In this document: piece by piece, positions 1 to 10,806 of the stretch
How the letters are laid out: each line of letters opens with the position of its first letter
How positions within the stretch are numbered: position 1 is the first letter of the stretch
Assembly (NCBI GenBank): GCA_963693055.1
Contig: OY843751.1
Location: forward strand, 6,368,001 to 6,432,000
Source of the DNA: a bacterium
GTDB lineage: Bacteria; Zhuqueibacterota; Zhuqueibacteria; Residuimicrobiales; Krinioviventaceae
DNA: 64,000 nucleotides
Direction: 5' to 3'
Made by a program: the position numbers and the translations under genes
The notes under the pieces: model-generated
Told to the model about the DNA's origin: nothing
The model's input: the letters and a program-made list of their open reading frames with translations, nothing else
Database searches by the model: none

Positions 1-354
1 TGAGCCCAACATGTGCCTGCGTTCAAAAGATAACTCTTGAAAGTTGACACGGTTACCGTTTCTTACATATTCAAGAAAAACAGTTGCTGGCAGAGATGGC
101 CATTCACAATTCAAGAGAGATTCGCCTTTTGTAACAATCCCTTTACGCAAAATTTCCGACAGCGAGTCCCATGCATCCCGTTCGGAACTGGTTGGCCTGT
201 GATGCCATTCCTCAGCAGTAAGGAGCGCATTGGCAACGTCTTGCTGAGTATATGAACCGCTGAGCAAGTTCATCGGTTCATCACTAGCTACAGCAATAGA
301 GCTGATAAAGAGAATGATAATATATATATTTATTTTTTTTGATAACAGTTTCAA
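1..354 (-). CDS. Heparinase II/III-family protein, N-terminal part (runs off the window start; absent from the ORF track)
   Basis: Manual translation from TTG at 354 with GGAG RBS upstream: MKLLSKKINIYIIILFISSIAVASDEPMNLL...WPSLPATVFLEYVRNGNRVNFQELSFERRHMLGS. It has a signal peptide, is open to base 1, and the W-P-x-L-P-A...F/Y-x-R-N-G-N-R segment is typical of this family. Confidence 0.7.
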   Translation of the reverse strand, partial: MKLLSKKINIYIIILFISSIAVASDEPMNLLSGSYTQQDVANALLTAEEWHHRPTSSERDAWDSLSEILRKGIVTKGESLLNCEWPSLPATVFLEYVRNGNRVNFQELSFERRHMLGS

Positions 355-370
355 TAGTAACTCCGCATGC

Positions 371-2719
371 TTATTTTCCATTCGACGGTGGCAAATTATT
401 GATATCACTTGCCCAATTTTTGTTAGGTTCAGGTCCCATAAAAAGTTCAAGGGTTCCGCCATTGGCAAAAACATCATGCCTGAACCAGCTTTTGTTCAAT
501 GCTTCGCCGTTCAATGTTGCGGATTGGATATACATGTTTTCCGCGGAATTGTTTTTTGTTTTAATGGTAAAAGTGCTGCCAGGGAAATAATCGTTATTCA
601 GGTGCAGGGTAATTTCGTCGAAAATGGGGCTGGTAATATCATACCAGTTATTTATAGCCGCACCACCATCTTCTTGAAATAAACCGATTGCCATCAGTAC
701 ACCCAAGGCTCCCATTTGCCCCTGGTCTTCATCACCGTTGTAACCGCCATAAGGAGTTATGTCGCCAAAAGTTTGTTCTTTGATTAAACGTACCCATTTT
801 TGAGTCAGCCAGGGAGCGCCACTATAATTGAACAGGTGGGCCATACCTGTTGCGGGCTGGTTTTCATAATCAACCCAGCTAATGCTGTGCTGACCATGTT
901 TTGCAATAAACTTGTTTCCCTGAGCGCGTTCAAATGCGGCATTGAGAGAATCGGTATAGATCTCGGCTCCGCCAAACAACTCTGCAAGCCCTTTGACATC
1001 ATGGGGAACATAGTGTGTATAGATTGCCGAATTGCTTTCGCAAAATCCTATGGTATTGAATCCTTCACCCACGGGTTTGAAATCCGACAGCCATGAACCA
1101 TCCATATTGCGGGGACGCATAAAGTTAACAGAAGGGTCCCACAGGTTTTTATAATTTTGTGCGCGTTTGGTAAACAGATCATAATCTTCAGTTTTTCCCA
1201 GTGCTTTGGCCAGTTGGCCCAGACACCAGTCCTGATATGCGTATTCAAGGGTCATGGCTGCGCCATCTTTATGGTAACCCTCTCCTTCAAGACCTTCAGG
1301 TACGTAACCTCTGTTTACGTAATAGATCATACCACCGCCTTTGGGATTGGGGCCGTGTTCGTAACCTGCACGGTCACGAATTCCACCGGGAAAGGCATTT
1401 TTAAAAAGGCCGGCATACGCGGCATCTATATCCCAATTGCGAATACCTTTATTATAGGCAGTCGCAAAGATGGGTGCCGCGGGGTCGCCTATCATCACAT
1501 AGGTATAATTGCCTCCCGAGGGGCCACGGGGAATGAGTCCGCCGTTTTCGTACATATCGATCATGCTGTTGCAAAAGTCATCTACTACTTCCGGGTAGAT
1601 CATGGACCAGAGAATATTGAGGGACCAATGACTACCCCACCAGGCATCAAAATTGTAGTGATTGTGTTGTGGAGTGCCCTGCTCATTTAACGGGATTTGT
1701 TTAACAACGGGATTTTCACCGGTCATGTCGCAATACTTGCCATCTACATCACTGATGATTCTGCGGCCCTGAATGGCATGCCACAGGTCTGTATAGAATT
1801 TGACCTTTTGAGCTTCGGTGCCACCTTTGACCTCTATGCGGCTGAGCCAATCGTTCCATTCGTTAATTGCATCAGATTTTATAAGATCAAAGTCCCAATG
1901 GTCAAGCTCGGTATTCATATTATTTCTGGCGCCTTCAATGCTGGTATATGATATGGCTACTTTTAAAAGCACAGGTTTGTTTTTTTCAGTAGTAAAGCGT
2001 ATAAAGGCACCGGAATTGGGGCCTGCTATGGATGTGGTTTCACCCTCTACAACAACGCCTTGTTCCCAGCCACCAAATTCCTGCATGGGTTGATTGGTTT
2101 TTGCGACAAAATAGACAAACGTGGCTTTAGGTCTGCGGCGGGTAGGCCCCATTAAAGCCCAGCCTTCAATTTCGGTATCGCTAATCTTTTCTACATAGGA
2201 TTTTCTTGTAGGGCTGTGAGCCAGATAAGCGCCAGTATCAAAGAGAATGTAACTCTGGTCAGATTTAGGGAACAGGTATTTGTGGAATCCCACACGTTGG
2301 GTTGCAGTCAGTTCAGCGGTTATGTTGTAATCATCCAAGACGATTTTGTGGTAGCCGGGTTTTGCAATTTCGGTATCGTGCGAAAAAGAAGACTGGTACG
2401 CATCCATACCCAGGTGTCCTTTAAATTCGCCGGTGGTTGGCATGACCGCAACACCTGAAAGCTGCCAGGCGTGAATGTGGCTGAAACAACGCACCCTGGT
2501 ACTATCATACAAGTAACCGGAATTCCAACTGCCTTCTGTCTGGGTATCCGGACTCAGGTTTACCATCCCAAAGGGACGTGTGGCGGAAGAGAAAAAGAAC
2601 CAACGAGATTTGTGAGAGTCAACAAACGGATTTACATAATCTACAGGTTTTTTAGTTTTGTTTATATTGCTGCACCCAAGCACAGTAAGCAGCAATACCA
2701 AAATAAATTTTTTAAACAT
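371..2719 (-). CDS. GH92 alpha-mannosidase family glycoside hydrolase (lipoprotein)
   Basis: VDYVNPF, PFGMVNLSPDT, TLEYAYQDW, ESN and GDEDQGQMGA motifs. Start reassigned to ATG 2719 (AAAGGA RBS, MFKKFILVLLLTVLGC lipobox). Confidence 0.92.
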   Translation of the reverse strand: MFKKFILVLLLTVLGCSNINKTKKPVDYVNPFVDSHKSRWFFFSSATRPFGMVNLSPDTQTEGSWNSGYLYDSTRVRCFSHIHAWQLSGVAVMPTTGEFKGHLGMDAYQSSFSHDTEIAKPGYHKIVLDDYNITAELTATQRVGFHKYLFPKSDQSYILFDTGAYLAHSPTRKSYVEKISDTEIEGWALMGPTRRRPKATFVYFVAKTNQPMQEFGGWEQGVVVEGETTSIAGPNSGAFIRFTTEKNKPVLLKVAISYTSIEGARNNMNTELDHWDFDLIKSDAINEWNDWLSRIEVKGGTEAQKVKFYTDLWHAIQGRRIISDVDGKYCDMTGENPVVKQIPLNEQGTPQHNHYNFDAWWGSHWSLNILWSMIYPEVVDDFCNSMIDMYENGGLIPRGPSGGNYTYVMIGDPAAPIFATAYNKGIRNWDIDAAYAGLFKNAFPGGIRDRAGYEHGPNPKGGGMIYYVNRGYVPEGLEGEGYHKDGAAMTLEYAYQDWCLGQLAKALGKTEDYDLFTKRAQNYKNLWDPSVNFMRPRNMDGSWLSDFKPVGEGFNTIGFCESNSAIYTHYVPHDVKGLAELFGGAEIYTDSLNAAFERAQGNKFIAKHGQHSISWVDYENQPATGMAHLFNYSGAPWLTQKWVRLIKEQTFGDITPYGGYNGDEDQGQMGALGVLMAIGLFQEDGGAAINNWYDITSPIFDEITLHLNNDYFPGSTFTIKTKNNSAENMYIQSATLNGEALNKSWFRHDVFANGGTLELFMGPEPNKNWASDINNLPPSNGK

Positions 2720-2735
2720 AATTGTCCTTTGAATA

Positions 2736-5039
2736 TTATTGTAAATTAGCATCGAGTTTGATTTTTTCACCTTTTTCAAGATCAAGCGTTGTAGAAATAT
2801 CACCATAGCTTACGGTACAGGATTGCCCTTGAAGAGATTCTATAGTGACAGATTTTAATGTGTTATCATTCCATGCCATGTTGACGATAAAGCCACCGCG
2901 AGCACGTAATCCTGATACAGAACCGTTTGGCAAAAGGTCAGGCAGGGCCGGCAATAAATCGATTTTGTTTTGATGGCTTTGCATCAGCATTTCAGCAATG
3001 CCTGCGGTAAAACCAAAGTTTCCGTCAATCTGAAACGGTGGGTGTGCGTCAAAAAGATTGTCATAACTGCCACCACGCTCGTTTTTCTTTCTGGCATCTG
3101 CTTCTGGGGTGAGTTGTTTACGAATTAACTGCATTGCATGGTTACCGTCTTTGAACCGTGCCCAGAAATTGATTTTCCATGCCAGGCTCCAACCGGTACC
3201 TTCATCTCCACGGAAGAGTAGAGATTGTTTAGCCGCTTTCATCAACTCGGGAGTAGACTCGTTGATGTCGTTGCCGGGATGTACACCCCACAGATGTGAA
3301 ACGTGACGATGGTGGTTTTCCGGATCGTCAATATCTTGCAGCCATTCCTGCAATTGACCATGTTTGCCAATTTGGTTGGGAGCAATCTGTTCGCGCATGG
3401 TTTTTAACGTATCTGCGAATGCTTTATCTGTGTCAAGAATGTCTGATGCCTGAATAACTGCGCCAAATAATGAGCGAATGATTTGATGGTCCATTGTAGG
3501 CCCTGCAACCAGGCCGCCGTTTTCGGGCGAGTTGGAAGGAGTACTGATCAGCCAACCGGTTTCTGGGTCTTTAACAAGAAAATCGACAAAAAAGGTAGCG
3601 GCGCTTTTCATTACAGGATACGCCCGGTCTTTTAAAAATTGCTTGTCGAGTGTATAGAGATAATGTTCCCACATGTGGGTGGTAAGCCAGGCGCCACCGG
3701 ATACCCAAATACCATGATTGGAATGGTTGATGGGAGCAGTACCGCGCCAGATATCAGTATTGTGATGTAATACCCAGCCCCGGCAGTTATAATGTGCTTT
3801 GGCAGTTTTGCTGCCGGATTCTACAAGTTCTTCTATCATTTCAAACAGGGCTTCATGACACTCTGGTAATGCGGTAACTTCAACCGGCCAGAAATTCATC
3901 TCGGTATTGATGTTTACCGTCCATTTACTGTCCCACGACGGTTCGTTTTCATAATTCCAGATTCCCTGCAAATTTGCGGGCTGGGTTCCGGGCCTGCTGC
4001 TGGAGATCATCAGATAGCGGCCATACTGAAAATAGAGTGTCATCAATTGGGGGTCAAAAGTGGTGTTGAATTGTTTTAATCGTTGATCCGTTGTTAATGC
4101 CATAGATTCATTTTTACCAAGATCCAGAGAAACCCGGTTAAATAATTCTGAATAATCCTTGATATGGGCGGATTTTAATGTAGAATAGGATTTGTTTTTT
4201 ATGGAATTGATTGTGTTGGTTGTAAGAGCATCGGGATCATTTGATACATCTTTATAGTTTTTATATGAAGTATTCAAGGCCATATACAGGGTTACATCAT
4301 CAGCATTTGAGACAGTGATCTTTGAATTATCGCCAGAGAGCGTACCACCATTGTTTTGGATCCAAAGTCTTGCCTGGCCTTTGAGAACACCATCAGCCAC
4401 TTTGACATTGAGTATATATTCATTATCAGAAACCGGTTGCATCTGTTTTTGCTGGTGCTCACTGTCCATACCCAGCGTGAATGAGACCTGGCCCTTTTTG
4501 CTGGCTGAAAGGTGAATGGCAATAACCTGATCAGGATTGGAAGCAATATATTCGCGATGATATTGTACATCACCTATCTGATAATCAACGCTGGCTATTG
4601 CTGTATTGAGATCAAGCTTTCTTGAATATTGGGTTGGATTCTCATGTCCCTCAAAATCCAGGTATAAATCACCAAAAGATTGATATGCTTTCTGACGCAG
4701 AGGACTGCTCATGAAATGTATCATTGCCAAATCTTCTGCCTGTTTTTGCTTGCCTTCGAATAATAATTTGCGAATACGGGGCAGATATTTGGCTGCTTCA
4801 GGATTTTGATATTCGCGTGGTTCTCCGTTCCAAAGGGTCTCTTCATTAAATTGGATACGGTCTGTTTCGGAACCGGCAAAGATCATAGCTCCAATGCGGC
4901 CATTACCAATTGGAAGCGCTTCTTCCCATTGTTCTGCGCCTTTGTCATATTTTAAAATCAGTTCCTGATTGCTTTTATTAAAACAGGAAATTGCAAATAA
5001 TATGCAAAAACTCAATAGTACAATACAGGTTTTCTTCAT
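2736..5039 (-). CDS. GH95 alpha-L-fucosidase family
   Basis: [49 protein letters not shown] and [11 protein letters not shown] motifs. Confidence 0.95.
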   Translation of the reverse strand: MKKTCIVLLSFCILFAISCFNKSNQELILKYDKGAEQWEEALPIGNGRIGAMIFAGSETDRIQFNEETLWNGEPREYQNPEAAKYLPRIRKLLFEGKQKQAEDLAMIHFMSSPLRQKAYQSFGDLYLDFEGHENPTQYSRKLDLNTAIASVDYQIGDVQYHREYIASNPDQVIAIHLSASKKGQVSFTLGMDSEHQQKQMQPVSDNEYILNVKVADGVLKGQARLWIQNNGGTLSGDNSKITVSNADDVTLYMALNTSYKNYKDVSNDPDALTTNTINSIKNKSYSTLKSAHIKDYSELFNRVSLDLGKNESMALTTDQRLKQFNTTFDPQLMTLYFQYGRYLMISSSRPGTQPANLQGIWNYENEPSWDSKWTVNINTEMNFWPVEVTALPECHEALFEMIEELVESGSKTAKAHYNCRGWVLHHNTDIWRGTAPINHSNHGIWVSGGAWLTTHMWEHYLYTLDKQFLKDRAYPVMKSAATFFVDFLVKDPETGWLISTPSNSPENGGLVAGPTMDHQIIRSLFGAVIQASDILDTDKAFADTLKTMREQIAPNQIGKHGQLQEWLQDIDDPENHHRHVSHLWGVHPGNDINESTPELMKAAKQSLLFRGDEGTGWSLAWKINFWARFKDGNHAMQLIRKQLTPEADARKKNERGGSYDNLFDAHPPFQIDGNFGFTAGIAEMLMQSHQNKIDLLPALPDLLPNGSVSGLRARGGFIVNMAWNDNTLKSVTIESLQGQSCTVSYGDISTTLDLEKGEKIKLDANLQ

Positions 5040-5105
5040 TGAAATATCCCAGGTTTGTGATTTGTGGATTTACTGGTGTTAAAATAATATATTGTTTTTC
5101 AGGAA

Positions 5106-7205
5106 TCAATCAAAGAGAATTTGATAGCAAATATCCTTTTTTTGTTCGAATGATAATTTGCCATTCAATTGCGATACCATTGCGGTAATAATTTGATTAC
5201 TTGATTGAGAGGAAGTAAAATTTTCTTTTGTTTTATCATCCTGAAAAGAATAAGAAACAGATAAAGAGTAGTGCTTGTCATCTCTTTTTAAATGGATTGT
5301 AATACTGTCTGAATTGTTAGAGTGTTCAAGAGAATACGCATTGTTAATCAATTCAGTTATCAACAAACCGCAAGGAATTGCTCGATCCAGATCAATAGAT
5401 ACAGTCGTGATATTCATATATATTTTGGGTTTATTTTTTTGGTTTTGTGTAATGTGCTGTATGATACTGGAAATATAATCTGAAAATTCAATTTCGTCAG
5501 GTTTCTCTGTATTGTAAATTTTAGCATGGACCAAAAAGATTGCCATTATCAAATTTTTTGTATTGTTGAAAATGTTTCCCAAACTGGATTTAATTATGAA
5601 ACTTGCCTGAAGATTCAGCAAACTGTGAATGATCTGCATATTGTTTTTAACACGATGGTGAATTTCTTTTAATAATATTTCTTTTTCTTTTAATGATTTA
5701 TCCAGTTGTTTTTCGTTTTCTTTCATCAATGTAACATCTCGGATTGCTGCAATAACAACAAAAGTACTGTGTTGAGGATTATAAAAAATGCTGAAATTGG
5801 TTTCTCCCGTAAAAGTAGATCCGTCTTGTCGGACGAATTCAAGCTCAATTTTTTTCAATGATTTTTTTATTTCTATAGTGCTTAAAATTTTACCTAAAGT
5901 TTCTTTAAACGGATCCTGGATAAAGTCATATATAGTTTTGTCTTCAAGTGAAGAGGATTTGTTTTTACAAAATAATATTTTTGAATGCTCGGAAGTAAAT
6001 TGAATTTTACCATCTAAATTCAATAGTATAACTGCGTCTGGCGAAGTTTCAATCAGTTTTTTGTAATGCTGCTGGCTTGTTACCAATTCATGTTCTTTTT
6101 TCTTGCGGTTAACAATTATCAGGTATAAAACAAAAATAATAAAAAGTAAAAAAGAGATAATGGATACAGATAACCAGATAGCACTTTTGTGGTATTCATA
6201 AAATGAAAAGGGGCGGTTTAATATTTGACTGGAAGGGGGAATTAGGCTTAAAGGAATGTTGTGTTTATTCAGCAGATTGTAATCAAAAGAGTAGATTGTT
6301 GGTGTTTCTGGGATAATTGGAATATCTTGCGGTTTCTTACCCTCCAGTATTTGTATCATCAAGTCTACTGATTGTTGACCAACTTTTTTACCCTCTCGCA
6401 TTTTACCACCAATAACACCATCCCAGGTCATAACATCAGTCAATCCATATGTTGGCGCACTGCTTGTTTGGCAAATAAGAGGATACATTTTGTTTGTATC
6501 CTGAAAATGATTATTTTTATCTTTTGACCAATGAACCGGAAAGACAATTGAATTTTGGGGTAATACTGAAAGTGTGTCTAGTAATTGTTCAGTAGTTAAA
6601 TCTTTACCGTCAAGATATATAAATTGCAATTGAGGATACATTGACTGATATTTTTCAAATGCTTTTTTATGTTCTCTGCCGGTTAGTGTGTTTTCAATTA
6701 TAAAGTAGAGGTTGCGTGTATCTGGGTGAAGTTTAAGAATCAGATCAATATTTGACTTTACGTCAAAGGTTTCAAGAATACCTGTAAAATTATGATGTTT
6801 TAAAAGCTTGCTCGAGTCAACTGATGCAACGCCACAAAAAACTATTGGTGCGTTTTGAAATAATTTCTGATTATTTGTGGCAAAGTTAAAGGCGTTATCA
6901 TCGGAACATATCATTGCTGTCAGTTTTATATTTTTGTACTTTATACGATATATATTTTCCAGTTTTTTATAATACTCTGACTCGGTGTGTTTTTTTGTAT
7001 CCATGTATTCTATATATAAACGTATTTCTGGCAAGCGGGATAAAAATTCACTTTCAATGGAATTTGTAATATTATCTGACCATTGATACCCCTGGTGATA
7101 CGAGTTTAACAGCAATATGTTTGTTTTGTTTAAATTTTCTGATGCAATGATTGGTAAAACAAGCAAAAGTGAAAAAAGATAGAGATGTTTTATTTTACGT
7201 ATCAC
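5106..7205 (-). CDS. Membrane sensor (ABC-substrate-binding-like periplasmic domain, TM, PAS, HisKA_2) with degenerate HATPase domain
   Basis: LLNSYHQGYQWSD periplasmic start and EIHHRVKNNMQ H-box. The G1/G2 boxes are missing (SVSYSFQDD in place of VKDNGIG). Paralog of 7241-9370. Confidence 0.8.
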   Translation of the reverse strand: MIRKIKHLYLFSLLLVLPIIASENLNKTNILLLNSYHQGYQWSDNITNSIESEFLSRLPEIRLYIEYMDTKKHTESEYYKKLENIYRIKYKNIKLTAMICSDDNAFNFATNNQKLFQNAPIVFCGVASVDSSKLLKHHNFTGILETFDVKSNIDLILKLHPDTRNLYFIIENTLTGREHKKAFEKYQSMYPQLQFIYLDGKDLTTEQLLDTLSVLPQNSIVFPVHWSKDKNNHFQDTNKMYPLICQTSSAPTYGLTDVMTWDGVIGGKMREGKKVGQQSVDLMIQILEGKKPQDIPIIPETPTIYSFDYNLLNKHNIPLSLIPPSSQILNRPFSFYEYHKSAIWLSVSIISFLLFIIFVLYLIIVNRKKKEHELVTSQQHYKKLIETSPDAVILLNLDGKIQFTSEHSKILFCKNKSSSLEDKTIYDFIQDPFKETLGKILSTIEIKKSLKKIELEFVRQDGSTFTGETNFSIFYNPQHSTFVVIAAIRDVTLMKENEKQLDKSLKEKEILLKEIHHRVKNNMQIIHSLLNLQASFIIKSSLGNIFNNTKNLIMAIFLVHAKIYNTEKPDEIEFSDYISSIIQHITQNQKNKPKIYMNITTVSIDLDRAIPCGLLITELINNAYSLEHSNNSDSITIHLKRDDKHYSLSVSYSFQDDKTKENFTSSQSSNQIITAMVSQLNGKLSFEQKKDICYQILFD

Positions 7206-7240
7206 GCTAATATACCGCCTTGGGTATTTGTCTAAAATTG

Positions 7241-9370
7241 TTAACTGCTAAATGAAAATTGTACAATGGTGCCATTATTCCGTTGTACAATTAATTGTCC
7301 TTCAATCTGACTTATAAGTGCATGGATCATTTTATAACCAAATGTAGTAGAAGTTTCAGGGTTAAAGCCTTGAGGAATACCAATGCCATTATCTTTAACA
7401 AGTATGGAAAAACGATCGTTTGAAGTGTCTAGTGTAATATCAATGGTTCCTTGCTGGTTGTCTGGAAAGGCATATTTAATTGCATTGGTTACCAATTCGT
7501 TTAAAATTAACCCGCAGGGGATTGCTCTGTTCAAGTCTAAAAAGATATCAGGACCTTTGATGTCGAAAGAAAATAATTTATTGTCTGTATTATAAGTATG
7601 GCCCAAATCTACAATGAGGTTTTGAATATATTCTTTGAAATTGATTTCTGCCAGATCTTCTGATCGATACATTCTCTCATGTATGAGTGCCATAGACATA
7701 ACACGACTTTTTGTTTCCTGAAAGACTTTGAGAGAATCCGGATCGGGGATATATTTTTCCTGAAGACTAAGCAGACTACAAATCACCTGCATATTGTTTT
7801 TAACTCTATGGTGTATTTCTTTCAAGAGTATTTCTTTTTCGAGTAGTGATTTTTTGATCATATCTTCATATTCTTTACGCCCCGAAATATCTCTTACAGT
7901 TGCAATTATTGCATTGGGTTTGGAATCTATACCCATTATATAACTTGCGTTTATTTCTCCTATAAAATAAGAATTGTCTGCACGTTTAAAGAGAATCTCT
8001 TTATTACGAACTGTTTTTAAATTTTTTAATTGTGAATAAAAATTGTTTATCTCGTCTAAATTTTTCTTTTCAATAAAGTCTGATATTTTTTTATTCTCTA
8101 AAACATGATCAGAAGGCAGGTTGAACATAGACCATGTATGATCTGATGCAAAAAGAATAGTTCCCACAAAATCCAGCATAATAACAGATTCCGGTGCGGT
8201 TTCCACAAGCGTTTTGTATTGCATTCTGCTTTGTCTTAATGCTTTCTCGGTTTTATGACGGGAAATGATGTTTATGATCAAAAATGCTATAATAAAAGCC
8301 AGTATTGTATTAATTGATATTGCAATCCAGATGACGCTTTTGTGCTTTTCATAAAGAGATATGGGTTTGTTGATGATTATACTATTGGCGGGAATGAGGT
8401 CTGTATTGATTTTATATTTTTTTATCATCTGATAATCGAGCATGCATGGATTTTGAGTATCTACAATAATTGGAATGTTTTCAGGTTTTTCTCCATTCAA
8501 TATTTTCAATGTCAGTATTGCTGCCATTTCTCCCTGATTAAAACCACTGTTAAGCATACCCCCAATTACCCCCATTCCCATCATAATTTCACCGGTGCTG
8601 TAAACGGGTACATTGCTGCTGTTAACAATAAGGGGATATATGATTTCATTATCAAAAACCTCTCCTGAAGCGTCACGCATCCAGGTCAGTGGTAGCAGGG
8701 CAGAGTGTTCCGGAAGTTGTTTGAGTTTATCAAGCAGTTGATAGGTTGTTAGATATCTTCCATCAAAGTATTTGAAATTGATGTTGGGGAAATGCTGTTC
8801 CTGACTTTCAGTGGCTTCTTTTTGGGAAACACCTGTGATTGTGTTTTCAGTGACAATATAGAGGTTCTCAAGATCGGGATGGAACTTGTTAATTAGATTT
8901 ATAGTTGCCTGAATATCAAGATGTTCAATAATGCCGGTAAAATTTTTGTGATTTTCAATATACTGTTGATCAATTTTTCCAACACCACAAAAAACAAAGG
9001 GTATGTCTTTGAACAGGTCATCATAATATTTCAACATGAACTGAAATGCATTATCATCCGAGCAGACAATAATATCCGGTTTGTTGTTATGATATTTATA
9101 ATAATAGAGATCAACAAGAGATTGATAATATTCATCACTCTTGAACTGTTTACTATCCATATATTCTATGGATATAATGGGATTTTGGAAGGCATTATTT
9201 ATTTCGTATTGAAAACTTTTTACTATATTGTCAGACCATTCGTATCCCAAATAGTAAGAGTTTAAAAATAATATGTCCGGATCTTGATTGGCGAGAGAAG
9301 AGAAAGGGAGTGCGAATAGTGCTATCAATACCAGAAAAAATTTAATGGTTTTTTTGAAAAATAGATCCAT
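7241..9370 (-). CDS. Sensor histidine kinase (periplasmic binding domain, TM, PAS, HisKA_2, HATPase_c)
   Basis: EIHHRVKNNMQ H-box, ELVTNAIKYAF N-box, DNGIG G1 box, FG G2-like box. Confidence 0.92.
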   Translation of the reverse strand: MDLFFKKTIKFFLVLIALFALPFSSLANQDPDILFLNSYYLGYEWSDNIVKSFQYEINNAFQNPIISIEYMDSKQFKSDEYYQSLVDLYYYKYHNNKPDIIVCSDDNAFQFMLKYYDDLFKDIPFVFCGVGKIDQQYIENHKNFTGIIEHLDIQATINLINKFHPDLENLYIVTENTITGVSQKEATESQEQHFPNINFKYFDGRYLTTYQLLDKLKQLPEHSALLPLTWMRDASGEVFDNEIIYPLIVNSSNVPVYSTGEIMMGMGVIGGMLNSGFNQGEMAAILTLKILNGEKPENIPIIVDTQNPCMLDYQMIKKYKINTDLIPANSIIINKPISLYEKHKSVIWIAISINTILAFIIAFLIINIISRHKTEKALRQSRMQYKTLVETAPESVIMLDFVGTILFASDHTWSMFNLPSDHVLENKKISDFIEKKNLDEINNFYSQLKNLKTVRNKEILFKRADNSYFIGEINASYIMGIDSKPNAIIATVRDISGRKEYEDMIKKSLLEKEILLKEIHHRVKNNMQVICSLLSLQEKYIPDPDSLKVFQETKSRVMSMALIHERMYRSEDLAEINFKEYIQNLIVDLGHTYNTDNKLFSFDIKGPDIFLDLNRAIPCGLILNELVTNAIKYAFPDNQQGTIDITLDTSNDRFSILVKDNGIGIPQGFNPETSTTFGYKMIHALISQIEGQLIVQRNNGTIVQFSFSS

Positions 9371-9462
9371 CTGTTATTCTATTATATATACAAACTGGTC
9401 TGGTGTATTCAATTTTTTTCTTTTAGATGTTTTTCCAAATTTGAGTAAAGGTGAAAATATTT

Positions 9463-10641
9463 TTACCACTTTATTGCATCATTGGGTCTAAGTGCATGTG
9501 CGGGAAGCGGTACATCTTTAGTAAAAACATGCATGTTTTCATTTTTTTCAATGGTTACGTTGCTTTCATCAATTTCACCTTTGGCATTCTGCACTTTGTT
9601 AATGTCCATATCCAGATATTTTGCCATAAAATGATACATGGGTTTGCGTTTCGAAAAGCCATAGTCATGCCCTTCATTCGGAATGTGTGTGTGATGTACG
9701 CGGTCTTTAGCATTGTAGAGTGAATAAATTTCACGAATGTGAGGATATTCTACGTCAGGTGTGTTTTTAGTCCAGTCTTCACCATCAGAAACAAGAAGCA
9801 AGGGTCTGGGAGCTGCCAGTGCTGCAATTTCAACATTGTTTGTTTCATGGCAGTTGCTTTTATGAATGGGCATGCCGCTTTCACATACACAGCCACCAAA
9901 GAAATATGCAGATACCATAACAATGGGGGCAGAAACTGCTACACGGTCATCTATTGCGGTAAGCAGAAAAGTTTGTGTGCCGCCACCTGACGCCCCTGTT
10001 ACACCAATTCGTTCCGGATCAATTTCGTCGAGAGTAAGCAAGAAATCGAGAACACGGATACTGTTCCATATCTGTAGTTTTAATGTTTCAGGGCTTTTGT
10101 GAGTCCAGCCATATTTTTGCATTTCGCCATAACCTACCATGTCAATTGACATCACCACGGCACCCATTTTTGCCAGGGTTGCGCAACGATACTGCATATC
10201 GGGACGATAGCGGCCATAATTGTCTTCATCTCCCCAGTGGCCATGAGGACAAATGATACCGGCAAGTTTGCCTTTGTATTCGGAAGGTTTGTACAGACTG
10301 CCGGTTACAAAAACACCGGGTCTGCTTTCTATTGCTACATTAACAACTGTATATCCGTCATATTCGCGTGGATTGGAGTAAATGGGGTTTAGTGGGGTTT
10401 TTTCGGGCATGGGGTCTAACCCGGCTCCATCGAGTATGCCTTGTTTGATGATACCTGCACGAAATTTCCATTGAGTCAAAGTGGTGTAAAGTGATTTCCA
10501 TTCTTCAAGTTTTGCTTTTGCTTCACTTTCTGTAAAATAAGCTCCCTGACACAACAGGGATTCGGGTTCTTTTTCGGGGGGGAAGGAATAAACGGGTTGA
10601 ACAGTAATAGCGATCAGGAAAAGTAATACGATTTTTTTCAT
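9463..10641 (-). CDS. Secreted acetylxylan-esterase-like alpha/beta hydrolase
   Basis: CPHGH, GASGGG nucleophile elbow, GGCVCE, APRPLLLVS and GHDY motifs. Signal peptide from ATG 10641. Confidence 0.85.
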   Translation of the reverse strand: MKKIVLLFLIAITVQPVYSFPPEKEPESLLCQGAYFTESEAKAKLEEWKSLYTTLTQWKFRAGIIKQGILDGAGLDPMPEKTPLNPIYSNPREYDGYTVVNVAIESRPGVFVTGSLYKPSEYKGKLAGIICPHGHWGDEDNYGRYRPDMQYRCATLAKMGAVVMSIDMVGYGEMQKYGWTHKSPETLKLQIWNSIRVLDFLLTLDEIDPERIGVTGASGGGTQTFLLTAIDDRVAVSAPIVMVSAYFFGGCVCESGMPIHKSNCHETNNVEIAALAAPRPLLLVSDGEDWTKNTPDVEYPHIREIYSLYNAKDRVHHTHIPNEGHDYGFSKRKPMYHFMAKYLDMDINKVQNAKGEIDESNVTIEKNENMHVFTKDVPLPAHALRPNDAIKW

Positions 10642-10806
10642 TTCAAAGCTTCTCCAAATAAAGTAAATCACCACTTTAATAATTCGTAATTAAACGCTTT
10701 TCTGAATAACATGCAAGCCATAAAATGAATTTATTTATTTTGCAGGTTTGGATTGTCGGAATTTTTATAAAAAGAGATATTGTTATGAAAAAGTTCGAGG
10801 TGTATT

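Noticed and set aside
37-682. Plus-strand track ORFs at the window start
   Set aside because: They are antisense shadows of the heparinase-like and GH92 genes.
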